Positions 20,225-27,849 of a stretch of 64,000 nt of DNA are shown here, in pieces (within the stretch, counting starts at the first letter, position 1; each line of letters opens with the position of its first letter). The notes under the pieces were generated by a model. That model did not search any database and was not told the DNA's origin. It saw nothing but the letters and a program-made list of their open reading frames with translations. Source of the stretch: an uncultured Veillonellaceae bacterium. GTDB lineage: Bacteria; Bacillota; Negativicutes; Selenomonadales; Selenomonadaceae. The position numbers and the translations under genes were made by a program. The stretch is taken from the NCBI GenBank assembly GCA_902801565.1, contig CADCIX010000006.1:10070-74069 (forward strand), given 5' to 3'.

Positions 20225-20498
20225 TCCTTCCACCTCCCAAAGAATCACAACATTACCTCATAAATCAGTGCACCTCTTTGGCATGAGTATACATCCTCTC
20301 CCGCAGGGAAGGCGAGAAACATTTCCCGAATAGCAGAAATTCGCCCCTGAATGACGAAAAAGGGGCACTGAAAAGTACACCACCAAAAACCGCTCCTTGC
20401 TGTGTTGACACATGAATGCTACAATAAAGGTATCATCGGAACCGCACGGCCGTCGGCCAAGACGGAACAGCGCATCGAGAAGAAAGGGGCGACCTCAA

Positions 20499-21062
20499 AT
20501 GATATGCAACGAACGTCTGGAAAAGCCAAGATATGAGCACATCAACAACAGGGAGCGGCTCATGACCCAGCCATCCATCAACCACAGCCGGATATCCTGC
20601 AATTTCATGAGAATTATTGCAAACTATCTTCGCGGCAAGAAATGCAAGGTGTTCGGCGAAGTCGATGTCTATTTTGACGAGAACACCCACTACATCCCGG
20701 ATGTCATCATTGTCTGCGACAAGGACAAGATCAAGCCCGACGGCATCTACGGCGCACCGGACCTGGTCATAGAGATATTGTCGCCCTCCACGGCAAAGGT
20801 TGACCGCACGGAGAAAAAGGAGACCTACGAGAAATTCGGTGTCAGGGAATACTGGCTGGCAAACCCCAAGGATAAATCCGTCGAGGTCTACCATCTCGTG
20901 GACAACGCCTTCCTGCTGGACGAGATCTACCACGCCTATGAGCCGGTGGAGTGGAAAATGCTCACCGAAAAGGAAAAAGCGGAACAGAAACTCTCCCTCA
21001 AAGTCTCCCTCTATGATGATTTTGAGATTCCTGTGGAGGAGATATTTGAGGATATGATCTAG
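20499..21062 (+). CDS. Uma2-family (DUF820) restriction-endonuclease-like protein
   Basis: YEHINNRERLMTQPSINHSRIS...APDLVIEILSPSTAKVDRTEKKETYEKFGVREYWLANP matches the Uma2 PD-(D/E)xK pattern. ATG at 20499 follows GAAAGGGG. Confidence 0.8.
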   Translation: MICNERLEKPRYEHINNRERLMTQPSINHSRISCNFMRIIANYLRGKKCKVFGEVDVYFDENTHYIPDVIIVCDKDKIKPDGIYGAPDLVIEILSPSTAKVDRTEKKETYEKFGVREYWLANPKDKSVEVYHLVDNAFLLDEIYHAYEPVEWKMLTEKEKAEQKLSLKVSLYDDFEIPVEEIFEDMI

Positions 21063-21220
21063 TGCAACAGATTTTAAATACCTTACTGCCTCACTTGTTC
21101 AGATTTCCATCTGCTGCGTTGTCGTTCGCTTGACGTAGCTCTGCTACGCCTGCACTCCTCCGCCTTGCAGCTGAAAATCTGCCCTGCGTGATACAGCAAG
21201 TTATTAAAAACTTGTTGCAC
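21062..21220. repeat. 159-bp imperfect palindrome (nested inverted repeats); MITE-like or rod-shaped structured RNA
   Basis: Outer arms are GTGCAACAGATTTTAAATA and TTATTAAAAACTTGTTGCAC. Inner arms are CAGATTTCCATCTGCTGCG and CGCCTTGCAGCTGAAAATCTG. The apex carries CGTAGC-tct-GCTACG. Confidence 0.6.
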
Positions 21221-21228
21221 CAGGGCAT

Positions 21229-21258
21229 CAAAAAACCGCCGGCGCACGGCGGTTTTTT
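21229..21258. terminator. Bidirectional intrinsic terminator between the convergent Uma2 and DUF4160 genes
   Basis: AAAAAACCGCCG-gcgca-CGGCGGTTTTTT. Confidence 0.8.
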
Positions 21259-21276
21259 GATGTACCAAACAAAACT

Positions 21277-21555
21277 TTAACAATAAAACATAACTTTTCC
21301 AAAATACGCTTTCCACTTTTGAATCACTTCATCGCTTCTGGCTTCGATAATTCGCATCATGTTTCTCAGTGCTACATTAGGGATTTGTGACTTGTTATGG
21401 CACAGCAAACATTTTCCTGTACTGGTAATCCATACTTTTGTAGCATTGGCAGTTGGCTTTCCTTCTGCAATATGTACATGAATCGGCTCTAATGGATCAC
21501 TTTCGTTGGTCCAGAAATAAATCCAATAGGAACCTATCCTAAAAATTTGCGGCAT
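21277..21555 (-). CDS. DUF4160-family small protein
   Basis: MPQIFRIGSYWIYFWTNESDPLEPIHVHI resembles the DUF4160 N-terminal pattern (hydrophobic start, then PPH(F/V)H). AT-rich compared with its neighbours. Confidence 0.65.
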   Translation of the reverse strand: MPQIFRIGSYWIYFWTNESDPLEPIHVHIAEGKPTANATKVWITSTGKCLLCHNKSQIPNVALRNMMRIIEARSDEVIQKWKAYFGKVMFYC

Positions 21556-21811
21556 TTTCAAATCCACCGCCTTTGGAAAACTCTATAATGAGATGTGCCG
21601 TACTTCTCACGATATCCAAATAATGATTTACTTCGCCTTGCTCAAATCCAAATACATCATCCAATCGGTAACTCGGAAGATAACATGTCATGTGATGAAA
21701 ACAATCCTTTTCATCCGGTTTCTCTATGTAAACTTTTACCTCGTCATTCTCCAACAACTCGGAATGTACGATTTCAGTTCCATCATCCAATATCAAAAAG
21801 GGGTACATCAT
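21539..21811 (-). CDS. Small hypothetical protein overlapping the DUF4160 gene start
   Basis: About 90 aa starting at MMYPFLILDDGTEIV. Overlaps the downstream gene by 17 bp. No family recognised (does not resemble DUF2442). Confidence 0.45.
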   Translation of the reverse strand: MMYPFLILDDGTEIVHSELLENDEVKVYIEKPDEKDCFHHMTCYLPSYRLDDVFGFEQGEVNHYLDIVRSTAHLIIEFSKGGGFENAANF

Positions 21812-21856
21812 TGCATTCACCTTCCATTCACCCTGCTGCCTCCTCAAAGAGAGCCA

Positions 21857-22705
21857 TCACCCCATCAAAACAGCACTTGCCCTGCGGTGCTCGAACTGCA
21901 GGCACTCTTTATACCCGAACTCCTTCGCATAGGCAATGGCATCGTCGATATGCCGGCCGCAGTCCTCGGGCTTGTGGGCATCCGATGAAGTGATGATGGG
22001 AAGGTCATACTTCACCGCCATGCGCATGAAATCAGGATATGGCGAGATCTCCTGGATTGGGTAGCGGTAATAGGTCCCCGTGTTCACATCCACCGCCATA
22101 TGCGCCTTTGCCATGGCCTTTGCCACACGCTCCAGATAAGGCGTCACGTCAAAGTCCGGCAGGTACTTGAAGAGGCGGATATTGAAGGGATGCCCCAAAA
22201 CATCGTAAAGACCTGCCTCGCAGAGCTTTTCCGCCTCCTCCGCGTACCAGTCGTAAATCTCCTCCAGGCTGTGCCTCTCCCATTCCGCCTTGATCTCCGA
22301 AGAGTCATAGGCCCAGCCCCGCAGGAAGTGGATGGAGCCGATCACATAATCGAAATCATAGCCTTTCAGGATATCCCTTACCTTCTCCTGATCCTGGAAG
22401 TTGCAGACCTCGATGCCCGTTTTCACGGTATGATGCTTCCGCAGTTTTTCCATAAAGGCAAAATAATCGTCCAGGGTGTACTTGAACTTGTTCTTCTTGA
22501 GCCATTTTTTCTGGAATTCCCCGATGAAGGAATCGTCCAGAACGAGATCCGCATAGTAAAGGGGCTCAAACTCCGGAAAGGTATGGGAATGCTCGCTGAT
22601 GCCGATCTCATCCAGCCCGCGCTCCTTTGCCGCCGTAAAGAATCCCTCTACCCAGCTCTCATCATAAGAGCCGTACTCAAAATGCATATGATAATCCAGC
22701 TTCAA
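21857..22705 (-). CDS. PHP-domain histidinol-phosphatase (HisJ/HisK) family protein
   Basis: MKLDYHMHFEYGS...ISEHSH...GSIH...HP...SSDAH are metal-ligand motifs of PHP phosphoesterases. Confidence 0.8.
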   Translation of the reverse strand: MKLDYHMHFEYGSYDESWVEGFFTAAKERGLDEIGISEHSHTFPEFEPLYYADLVLDDSFIGEFQKKWLKKNKFKYTLDDYFAFMEKLRKHHTVKTGIEVCNFQDQEKVRDILKGYDFDYVIGSIHFLRGWAYDSSEIKAEWERHSLEEIYDWYAEEAEKLCEAGLYDVLGHPFNIRLFKYLPDFDVTPYLERVAKAMAKAHMAVDVNTGTYYRYPIQEISPYPDFMRMAVKYDLPIITSSDAHKPEDCGRHIDDAIAYAKEFGYKECLQFEHRRASAVLMG

Positions 22706-22727
22706 AACACATTCCTCCCCAATGCCG

Positions 22728-23534
22728 TCAGCAAAGCCCCTTGTCCATCAATTCCCGGATGCCATGAAGCACCCCATATTCCGCATTGCTCTTCGTATGG
22801 AAGCGCGCCAGCTCCTTGATCTTCGGATGGGCATTCTCCACCGCATAGCTGTAGTAGACCGAGCTCATCATCTCGGTGTCGTTCAGATAGTCGCCAAAGG
22901 CGGCGCACTCCATGGGGGTGATTCCCAGCCTCTTCTGCACCTGCTGGATGGCAATGCCCTTGTTGATGCCAAAGGCCATGACATCCACCCACCAGTCGCT
23001 GGAGGCCACCACCTGCAAGGGGCCGTCAAACCTCTGGACGGTGGGAAGGATGCTCTCTATTGCCTTGCCCTCCGCATCGAACAGCGATATCTTGATGGGC
23101 TCGTCCTCCACCTCCTGGAAGCTCTTCACCGCAGCATAATGGGTGTAATACTTGTGGAACTCGTCCCGGAACTCGTCGGTATCCTGTTCCTCCAGGATAT
23201 AGGCATCCTTCTTGCCGCAGAAGACACGATAGGCCTCCGGGTTCTCCCTGGCAGCCTCCAGCACCTCCAGGGCATCCGCCCGCCTCATGGGGCAGGAAAA
23301 GATTTCCTCGTCATGGTATTTGACGATTGTCCCGTTCTCCGCAAGAAAGAGGAAGTCATCCTCATATCCCGCAAAGGTCTTGAGCAGGGAAAAATACTGC
23401 CGCCCGCTGCAGGGAGCAAACAGCACATCCCGTTTTTTCAACTCGGCCATCACGTCATCAAAGCCGGGGGGAAGGTTCCCGTTCTCGTCCAGCAGGGTGC
23501 CGTCCATATCCGTCATAATAAGTTTTATCATCAT
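22728..23534 (-). CDS. Cof-type HAD-IIB hydrolase
   Basis: IMTDMDGTLL (DxDGT), ...SGR..., and GDYLND motifs. Confidence 0.85.
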   Translation of the reverse strand: MMIKLIMTDMDGTLLDENGNLPPGFDDVMAELKKRDVLFAPCSGRQYFSLLKTFAGYEDDFLFLAENGTIVKYHDEEIFSCPMRRADALEVLEAARENPEAYRVFCGKKDAYILEEQDTDEFRDEFHKYYTHYAAVKSFQEVEDEPIKISLFDAEGKAIESILPTVQRFDGPLQVVASSDWWVDVMAFGINKGIAIQQVQKRLGITPMECAAFGDYLNDTEMMSSVYYSYAVENAHPKIKELARFHTKSNAEYGVLHGIRELMDKGLC

Positions 23535-23555
23535 TCACACTCCAAATTCCTGAGC

Positions 23556-24551
23556 CTATTCCCCTTTTCTCCCATGGTAGAGACACCAGGGCTCCTCGCT
23601 CATATAGTCTCCCCCATGGTAGCAGGCCGCCCGCGCACGGCAGCCGCCGCAGCTCCCCTTATAGGAGCAGGTCCCGCAGCCGCCGCTGTATTCCAGTGTG
23701 CGGAGCTTTTTCAATACCTCATTGTTCTTCCAAATCTCATCAAAGGGCGTCTCTCGCACATCCCCCAGCTCCATGTTGAGATAGGCGCAGGGCTGCACCT
23801 TCCCCCTGGGGCTGATGATGCAGTAGGAAAGCCCCGCGAGACAGCCGCGGCGGAACCTCGTCCGGTAGCCAAGCTGGTCGGCAATGCGGATGAACTGTGG
23901 TGCACAGGTGGGCTTCAATTCAATCTCCACTTCCTGCTGCTTCTTCATGATGCGGGTGAGGACCTCCTCATAGGCCTCCGCCCGCAGGGATTCCTCCTCC
24001 ATGGTCTTCGCCCGTCCCGTGGGAACCAGGAAGAAGAAATGATGCGCCTTGGCGCCGATCTCCACGGCAAAATCCGTCATGGCCTCCAGTTCCAACTGGT
24101 TCCAGTCCATCACCGTCGTATGGATCTGGAAGGGCAGCCCCGCCTCGCGGCAGTTCTTCATGCCGCGCACAGCCCCCTCCCATGCGCCGGGAAAACTCCG
24201 GAACTTGTCGTGCTTCTCCTTGTCCAGGGAATCCAAAGAAATTCCCATACCCTTCGCCCCGGCCTCCTTCAGGTCATGGGCCATCTCCGGCGTGATGAGC
24301 GTCCCATTGGTGCCAAAGACGGGGATGAGATGCAGACTTGCCGCATGGCGCACCAGCTCCAGGATATCTGGACGGGTCAGTGGCTCACCGCCGGAGAAGA
24401 TCATGATCTTGAACCCCGCCCGCGCAATCTCCTCCAGCAGCTTCTTCGCCTCTTCCGTGGAAAGCTCCTCTTCCGCCTTGCAGCCCGCATCACGGTAGCA
24501 ATGGGCGCAGTACATATTGCAGGCATTTGTCGTATTCCATGAAACGATCAT
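23556..24551 (-). CDS. Radical SAM/SPASM protein, NirJ2/AhbD-like
   Basis: WNTTNACNMYCAHCY (CxxxCxxC) plus a Cys-rich SPASM C-terminus (GGCGTCSYKGSCGGCRARA). ATG at 24551 lies immediately after the upstream stop. Confidence 0.72.
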   Translation of the reverse strand: MIVSWNTTNACNMYCAHCYRDAGCKAEEELSTEEAKKLLEEIARAGFKIMIFSGGEPLTRPDILELVRHAASLHLIPVFGTNGTLITPEMAHDLKEAGAKGMGISLDSLDKEKHDKFRSFPGAWEGAVRGMKNCREAGLPFQIHTTVMDWNQLELEAMTDFAVEIGAKAHHFFFLVPTGRAKTMEEESLRAEAYEEVLTRIMKKQQEVEIELKPTCAPQFIRIADQLGYRTRFRRGCLAGLSYCIISPRGKVQPCAYLNMELGDVRETPFDEIWKNNEVLKKLRTLEYSGGCGTCSYKGSCGGCRARAACYHGGDYMSEEPWCLYHGRKGE

Positions 24552-24552
24552 A

Positions 24553-25746
24553 TCATTTGCCCTCCCTGCCGGCGATGCCGATTTCCTCGTCCGTGAGATA
24601 GCAGGAGGGATCGGATTCCCAGAAATCCCCGGTACGCGCCTCTGCCCGGGTGCGGAAGTTGCCGTTGCAGTTGTCAAGGAAGCGGCATCTTGCACAGCGT
24701 CCCTTCAAGAGGTGCTTCCTGTCCTTGAGCCCCTTCATGATGGGATGGGAGATGTCCGACCAGATATCCCCGAACTTCCTTTCCCGCACATTGCCGAAGG
24801 TATGGTGCTGGGTGAACTGGTCCGGATGCACATAGCCCATGGGATCCACCTCGCCGAAAGCAATGCCGGAGCGGTTGCCTCCGTTGCGGGAAATGAATTC
24901 CCTGATCTGGGCCGCCGCCTTCTCATCGCCTTCGGACAGGGCCTTGAGGTACATGTAGACGCCATCGCAGTGGTTGTCCACCGTGAGGATCTCCTTCTCC
25001 AGCCCCCGCGCCTCGAAATCCTTCGTGCGGCGGATGATGGTGTCCATGGCATGGCGCGACTCCTCCGGCGTCACATCCTCCTCCATCATCTGGCTGCCAC
25101 GGCCTGAATAGACGAGATGGTAGAAGCATACCCGGTTGATATTCTCTTCCTCGATGAAATCGAAGATATGGTCAAGCTCCTGCAGGTTGTGATGGTTGAT
25201 GGTGAACCTGAGGCCTACCCTCTGCCCCACGGCCACGCAATTCTCGATGCCCTGCATCGCCTTCTCGTAGGCGCCATCCACACCGCGGAACTTGTCGTTG
25301 ACCTCCTTGAGCCCGTCCAGCGATATCCCCACATAACCCACGCCGATATCCTTGATGCGCTGAGCCACCTCCCTGGTGATGAGTGTGCCGTTCGTTGACA
25401 GGGTGGGGCGCACCTCCTTTTCCGCAGCGTATTCCGCTAATTCAAAGAAGTCCGGCCGTATGAGGGGCTCCCCGCCGGAAAAGAGCAGCACCGGCACATG
25501 AAACTCCGCCAGATCGTCAATGAAACGCTTGGCCTCCTCCGTCGTGAGCTCATCCTGATACTTCCTCGCATCCGAACTCATATAGCAATGGCGGCATTTC
25601 AGGTTGCAGGTCCTGGTGGAATTCCAGACCACCACCGGCCCCATGCCCTCCGCCGCGCCGTCCCTCATCTTATGCGCATTCTTCGTATAGCGCAGGGAAT
25701 CCCCGAAATACTCCCGGGCAAACAATAGCTTCGTTACGCTGATCAT
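24553..25746 (-). CDS. Radical SAM/SPASM protein, NirJ1/AhbC-like
   Basis: WNSTRTCNLKCRHCY plus a SPASM-like CARCRFLDNCNGNFR. Paralogous to the downstream gene. Confidence 0.72.
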   Translation of the reverse strand: MISVTKLLFAREYFGDSLRYTKNAHKMRDGAAEGMGPVVVWNSTRTCNLKCRHCYMSSDARKYQDELTTEEAKRFIDDLAEFHVPVLLFSGGEPLIRPDFFELAEYAAEKEVRPTLSTNGTLITREVAQRIKDIGVGYVGISLDGLKEVNDKFRGVDGAYEKAMQGIENCVAVGQRVGLRFTINHHNLQELDHIFDFIEEENINRVCFYHLVYSGRGSQMMEEDVTPEESRHAMDTIIRRTKDFEARGLEKEILTVDNHCDGVYMYLKALSEGDEKAAAQIREFISRNGGNRSGIAFGEVDPMGYVHPDQFTQHHTFGNVRERKFGDIWSDISHPIMKGLKDRKHLLKGRCARCRFLDNCNGNFRTRAEARTGDFWESDPSCYLTDEEIGIAGREGK

Positions 25747-25794
25747 ATACAGATACACCTCTATAGATTATTGCTCGATGATTGCTCCTTATTG

Positions 25795-26421
25795 TTAGCA
25801 GATGCCATCCAGCAGGATGCGGGTCTTGAGGGCCACATTCTCCTGAAAGGAAATATCCAGCTTGCTGAAGGAGGCCGCCTGGTAGATGGAATGGAACATT
25901 TCGGCGATGAGCTGCGCCGGCACATCCTCCCGAAACTCCCCCCGTTCCTGTCCCTGCCGGATGATATCCGTGAACAAGGACTTGAACTTCGGCGCCGGTT
26001 TCGCTTTCCCCTTCATGCCTTCCGGCATGGCAGACTCCTCGGAACCGCTCAGAAAGAGCGGAAGGACAAAGCGGTTCTTGTCCAGGAATTCCGCCGTGAT
26101 CCGGCTGACCGCAAGAAGGAGTTCCATGGAGGGACGGCCCGCGATATTGAGTTCCTCCAGCGCCTCCGTCACTTTTTTCGCCAGTTCTCCCAGAAGGCTC
26201 TGCAGGACATCCTCCTTGGAATCGAAATAATTGTAGAACGTACCGATTCCAAGGTCGGCAGCACTCATGATATCCGCCACGGACGTATCGCGGAATCCCT
26301 TCCGGCTGAATTCCCCCACTGCGGCATCCAGGATCGCCTGCCTCGACTGGAGCTTCTTCCTCTCCCGTCGGCTCAACTGCTCTTCCACGGCACATGCCCT
26401 CCTTTGCACATTTTTTTGCAT
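25795..26421 (-). CDS. TetR/AcrR-family transcriptional regulator
   Basis: RKKLQSRQAILDAAVGEFSRKGFRDTSVADIMSAADLGIGTFYNYF is the TetR HTH. ATG at 26421 lies 7 nt downstream of a TATAAT. Confidence 0.85.
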   Translation of the reverse strand: MQKNVQRRACAVEEQLSRRERKKLQSRQAILDAAVGEFSRKGFRDTSVADIMSAADLGIGTFYNYFDSKEDVLQSLLGELAKKVTEALEELNIAGRPSMELLLAVSRITAEFLDKNRFVLPLFLSGSEESAMPEGMKGKAKPAPKFKSLFTDIIRQGQERGEFREDVPAQLIAEMFHSIYQAASFSKLDISFQENVALKTRILLDGIC

Positions 26422-26428
26422 TACGTCT

Positions 26429-26457
26429 ATTATATATGAAACCCATTCATTTGTGAA
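26429..26457 (-). promoter_or_regulatory. Predicted sigma-70-type promoter giving a leaderless TetR mRNA
   Basis: Minus strand reads TTCACA, 17 nt, TATAAT, AGACGTA, ATG. The palindrome ATTCA-N4-TGAAT (26445-26458) overlaps the -35. Confidence 0.5.
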
Positions 26458-26471
26458 TCCATAATTTCTTC

Positions 26472-26500
26472 TTGACAACAATGCAGGCGAATGCTATGAT
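26472..26500 (+). promoter_or_regulatory. Predicted promoter of the solitary tRNA-Arg
   Basis: TTGACA, 17 nt, (TGc)TATGAT, located 28 nt upstream of the tRNA 5' end. Confidence 0.6.
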
Positions 26501-26528
26501 ATTACACGTTGGCGGAAGCCAGCACCAT

Positions 26529-26606
26529 GACTCAGTAGCTCAGCTGGATTAGAGTATTTGACTACGAATCAAAGGGTCGGGGGTTCGAGTCCCTCCTGGG
26601 TCACCA
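26529..26606 (+). tRNA. tRNA-Arg (anticodon ACG), CCA encoded
   Basis: GACTCAG TA GCTC AGCTGGATTA GAGT A TTTGA CTACGAA TCAAA GGGTC GGGGG TTCGAGT CCCTC CTGGGTC A CCA folds as a cloverleaf and closely resembles E. coli tRNA-Arg(ACG). Confidence 0.92.
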
Positions 26607-26618
26607 TAAGAAAAGTTC

Positions 26619-26650
26619 AAGCCCATCGGTACATGCCGATGGGCTTTTTT
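26619..26650. terminator. Terminator after tRNA-Arg, shared with the convergent secreted-protein gene
   Basis: AAGCCCATCGG-tacatg-CCGATGGGCTTTTTT. Confidence 0.75.
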
Positions 26651-27822
26651 CAACGCTCCGTATGAACTATGGTCTCTTCTTTCTTCTTCTCCTTCTTTTC
26701 CTCGCCGGGAGCGAGAATCAGGAGTGCTGGCAGGTTGGAGGCCCCGGGAGGGGAATATTCGATGGCTGTTCCCTTGTAAGGAGGATAAAGGCCAAGATCG
26801 GCAAACTCGAAATCCCGTGAGAAAACCATTTTCTCATCATATCTTTCCGGCAAGCCGAAAGGTGTCTTTTCCCCAAAGTAAAGCTTTCCTGTCGGCGTCT
26901 CCACCAGACGTATGCCTTCCTTGTGCTTCACGCGCACAGCACCCGCATAGACACCACCAAGGGGGCTGAGGAGGAAATGGGTCGGCGACTTGCCCTTCGT
27001 TGGAATCTCAAAGCGATAGCGTACCCCGTAATTCCCGTAATTCTGGACAGCGCTCCCATCCGTGGCATCGATTCCCATCTTGTAGACATCGCTCTTGTTG
27101 TCCCCAATGGGAATATACACCATGCCATCCTTCTGCGGGTCATAGATACGCTTTGCCGTTATCGTGCGGTTCATGCCCTGAAAGGTCCCCCGAAGGGCAT
27201 ACTCATCGCGGGGAAGGACCTTGGCGGTTTCCGCAAAAAACACGGGATCGGAATACTCGGAGCAGAACACCACCGTCACCCGGACAGGAGAGGATGCCCG
27301 GATGTCATAGATACCGGAAACGAGTTCGCCGGGTTCCAGGAGAACATCATTCATTTTCGATGAAAGAACCCTTCCGCCCCCGCCTTCAATAGAAAAGGTT
27401 TTTTCCGTCTGGGGCATCGACATATAGCCAATCTCCGTCTCCTTCCCCACTTGCGGATAATTGTTGCTCGGTCTTGAAATCGCAGACCGCAGGATCTTTA
27501 CCTTCGCACGCCTGTCCCCCTCATTCCTGATAACAACTGCGGCCTTTCCGGGCCTGCCTGTCTCATTCAGATGATAATAAAAGATCCTGGCATCCCCTTC
27601 GACCACATCCGAGTAGAGGATCCCATGTTCCTTCACATACTCCGGGCTGTCAGAAAACAACAACACCCCCCCGGAATCCTTCGTCTCCACCGGCCATGGA
27701 TTCATCACACGCACATAGAAACCGCTTTCTTCATCTGCATAGTGGTCCGCAGATACCATGCCCGGAATGAGCCAGGCCATGCATCCTGCCAAAACACTTC
27801 GCAGAACAGATCTCCAATTCAT
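26650..27822 (-). CDS. Secreted hypothetical protein (about 390 aa) with K/E-rich C-terminal tail
   Basis: MNWRSVLRSVLAGCMAWLIPGMVSA signal peptide. AGGAAG lies 8 nt upstream of ATG 27822. No motif recognised. Confidence 0.6.
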   Translation of the reverse strand: MNWRSVLRSVLAGCMAWLIPGMVSADHYADEESGFYVRVMNPWPVETKDSGGVLLFSDSPEYVKEHGILYSDVVEGDARIFYYHLNETGRPGKAAVVIRNEGDRRAKVKILRSAISRPSNNYPQVGKETEIGYMSMPQTEKTFSIEGGGGRVLSSKMNDVLLEPGELVSGIYDIRASSPVRVTVVFCSEYSDPVFFAETAKVLPRDEYALRGTFQGMNRTITAKRIYDPQKDGMVYIPIGDNKSDVYKMGIDATDGSAVQNYGNYGVRYRFEIPTKGKSPTHFLLSPLGGVYAGAVRVKHKEGIRLVETPTGKLYFGEKTPFGLPERYDEKMVFSRDFEFADLGLYPPYKGTAIEYSPPGASNLPALLILAPGEEKKEKKKEETIVHTER

Positions 27823-27849
27823 CTTTATACTTCCTTTCACTACGAACTT

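Noticed and set aside
21083-21316. 77-aa minus-strand ORF across the palindromic element and the terminator.
   Set aside because: It spans a bidirectional terminator and the structured palindrome, has no RBS, and overlaps the 3' end of the DUF4160 gene.
26527-26606. The solitary tRNA-Arg as a damaged copy with an A1:C72 mismatch.
   Set aside because: The apparent mismatch came from placing the 5' end two nt too far upstream. With the acceptor stem set as GACTCAG/CTGGGTC, both copies match and fold normally.
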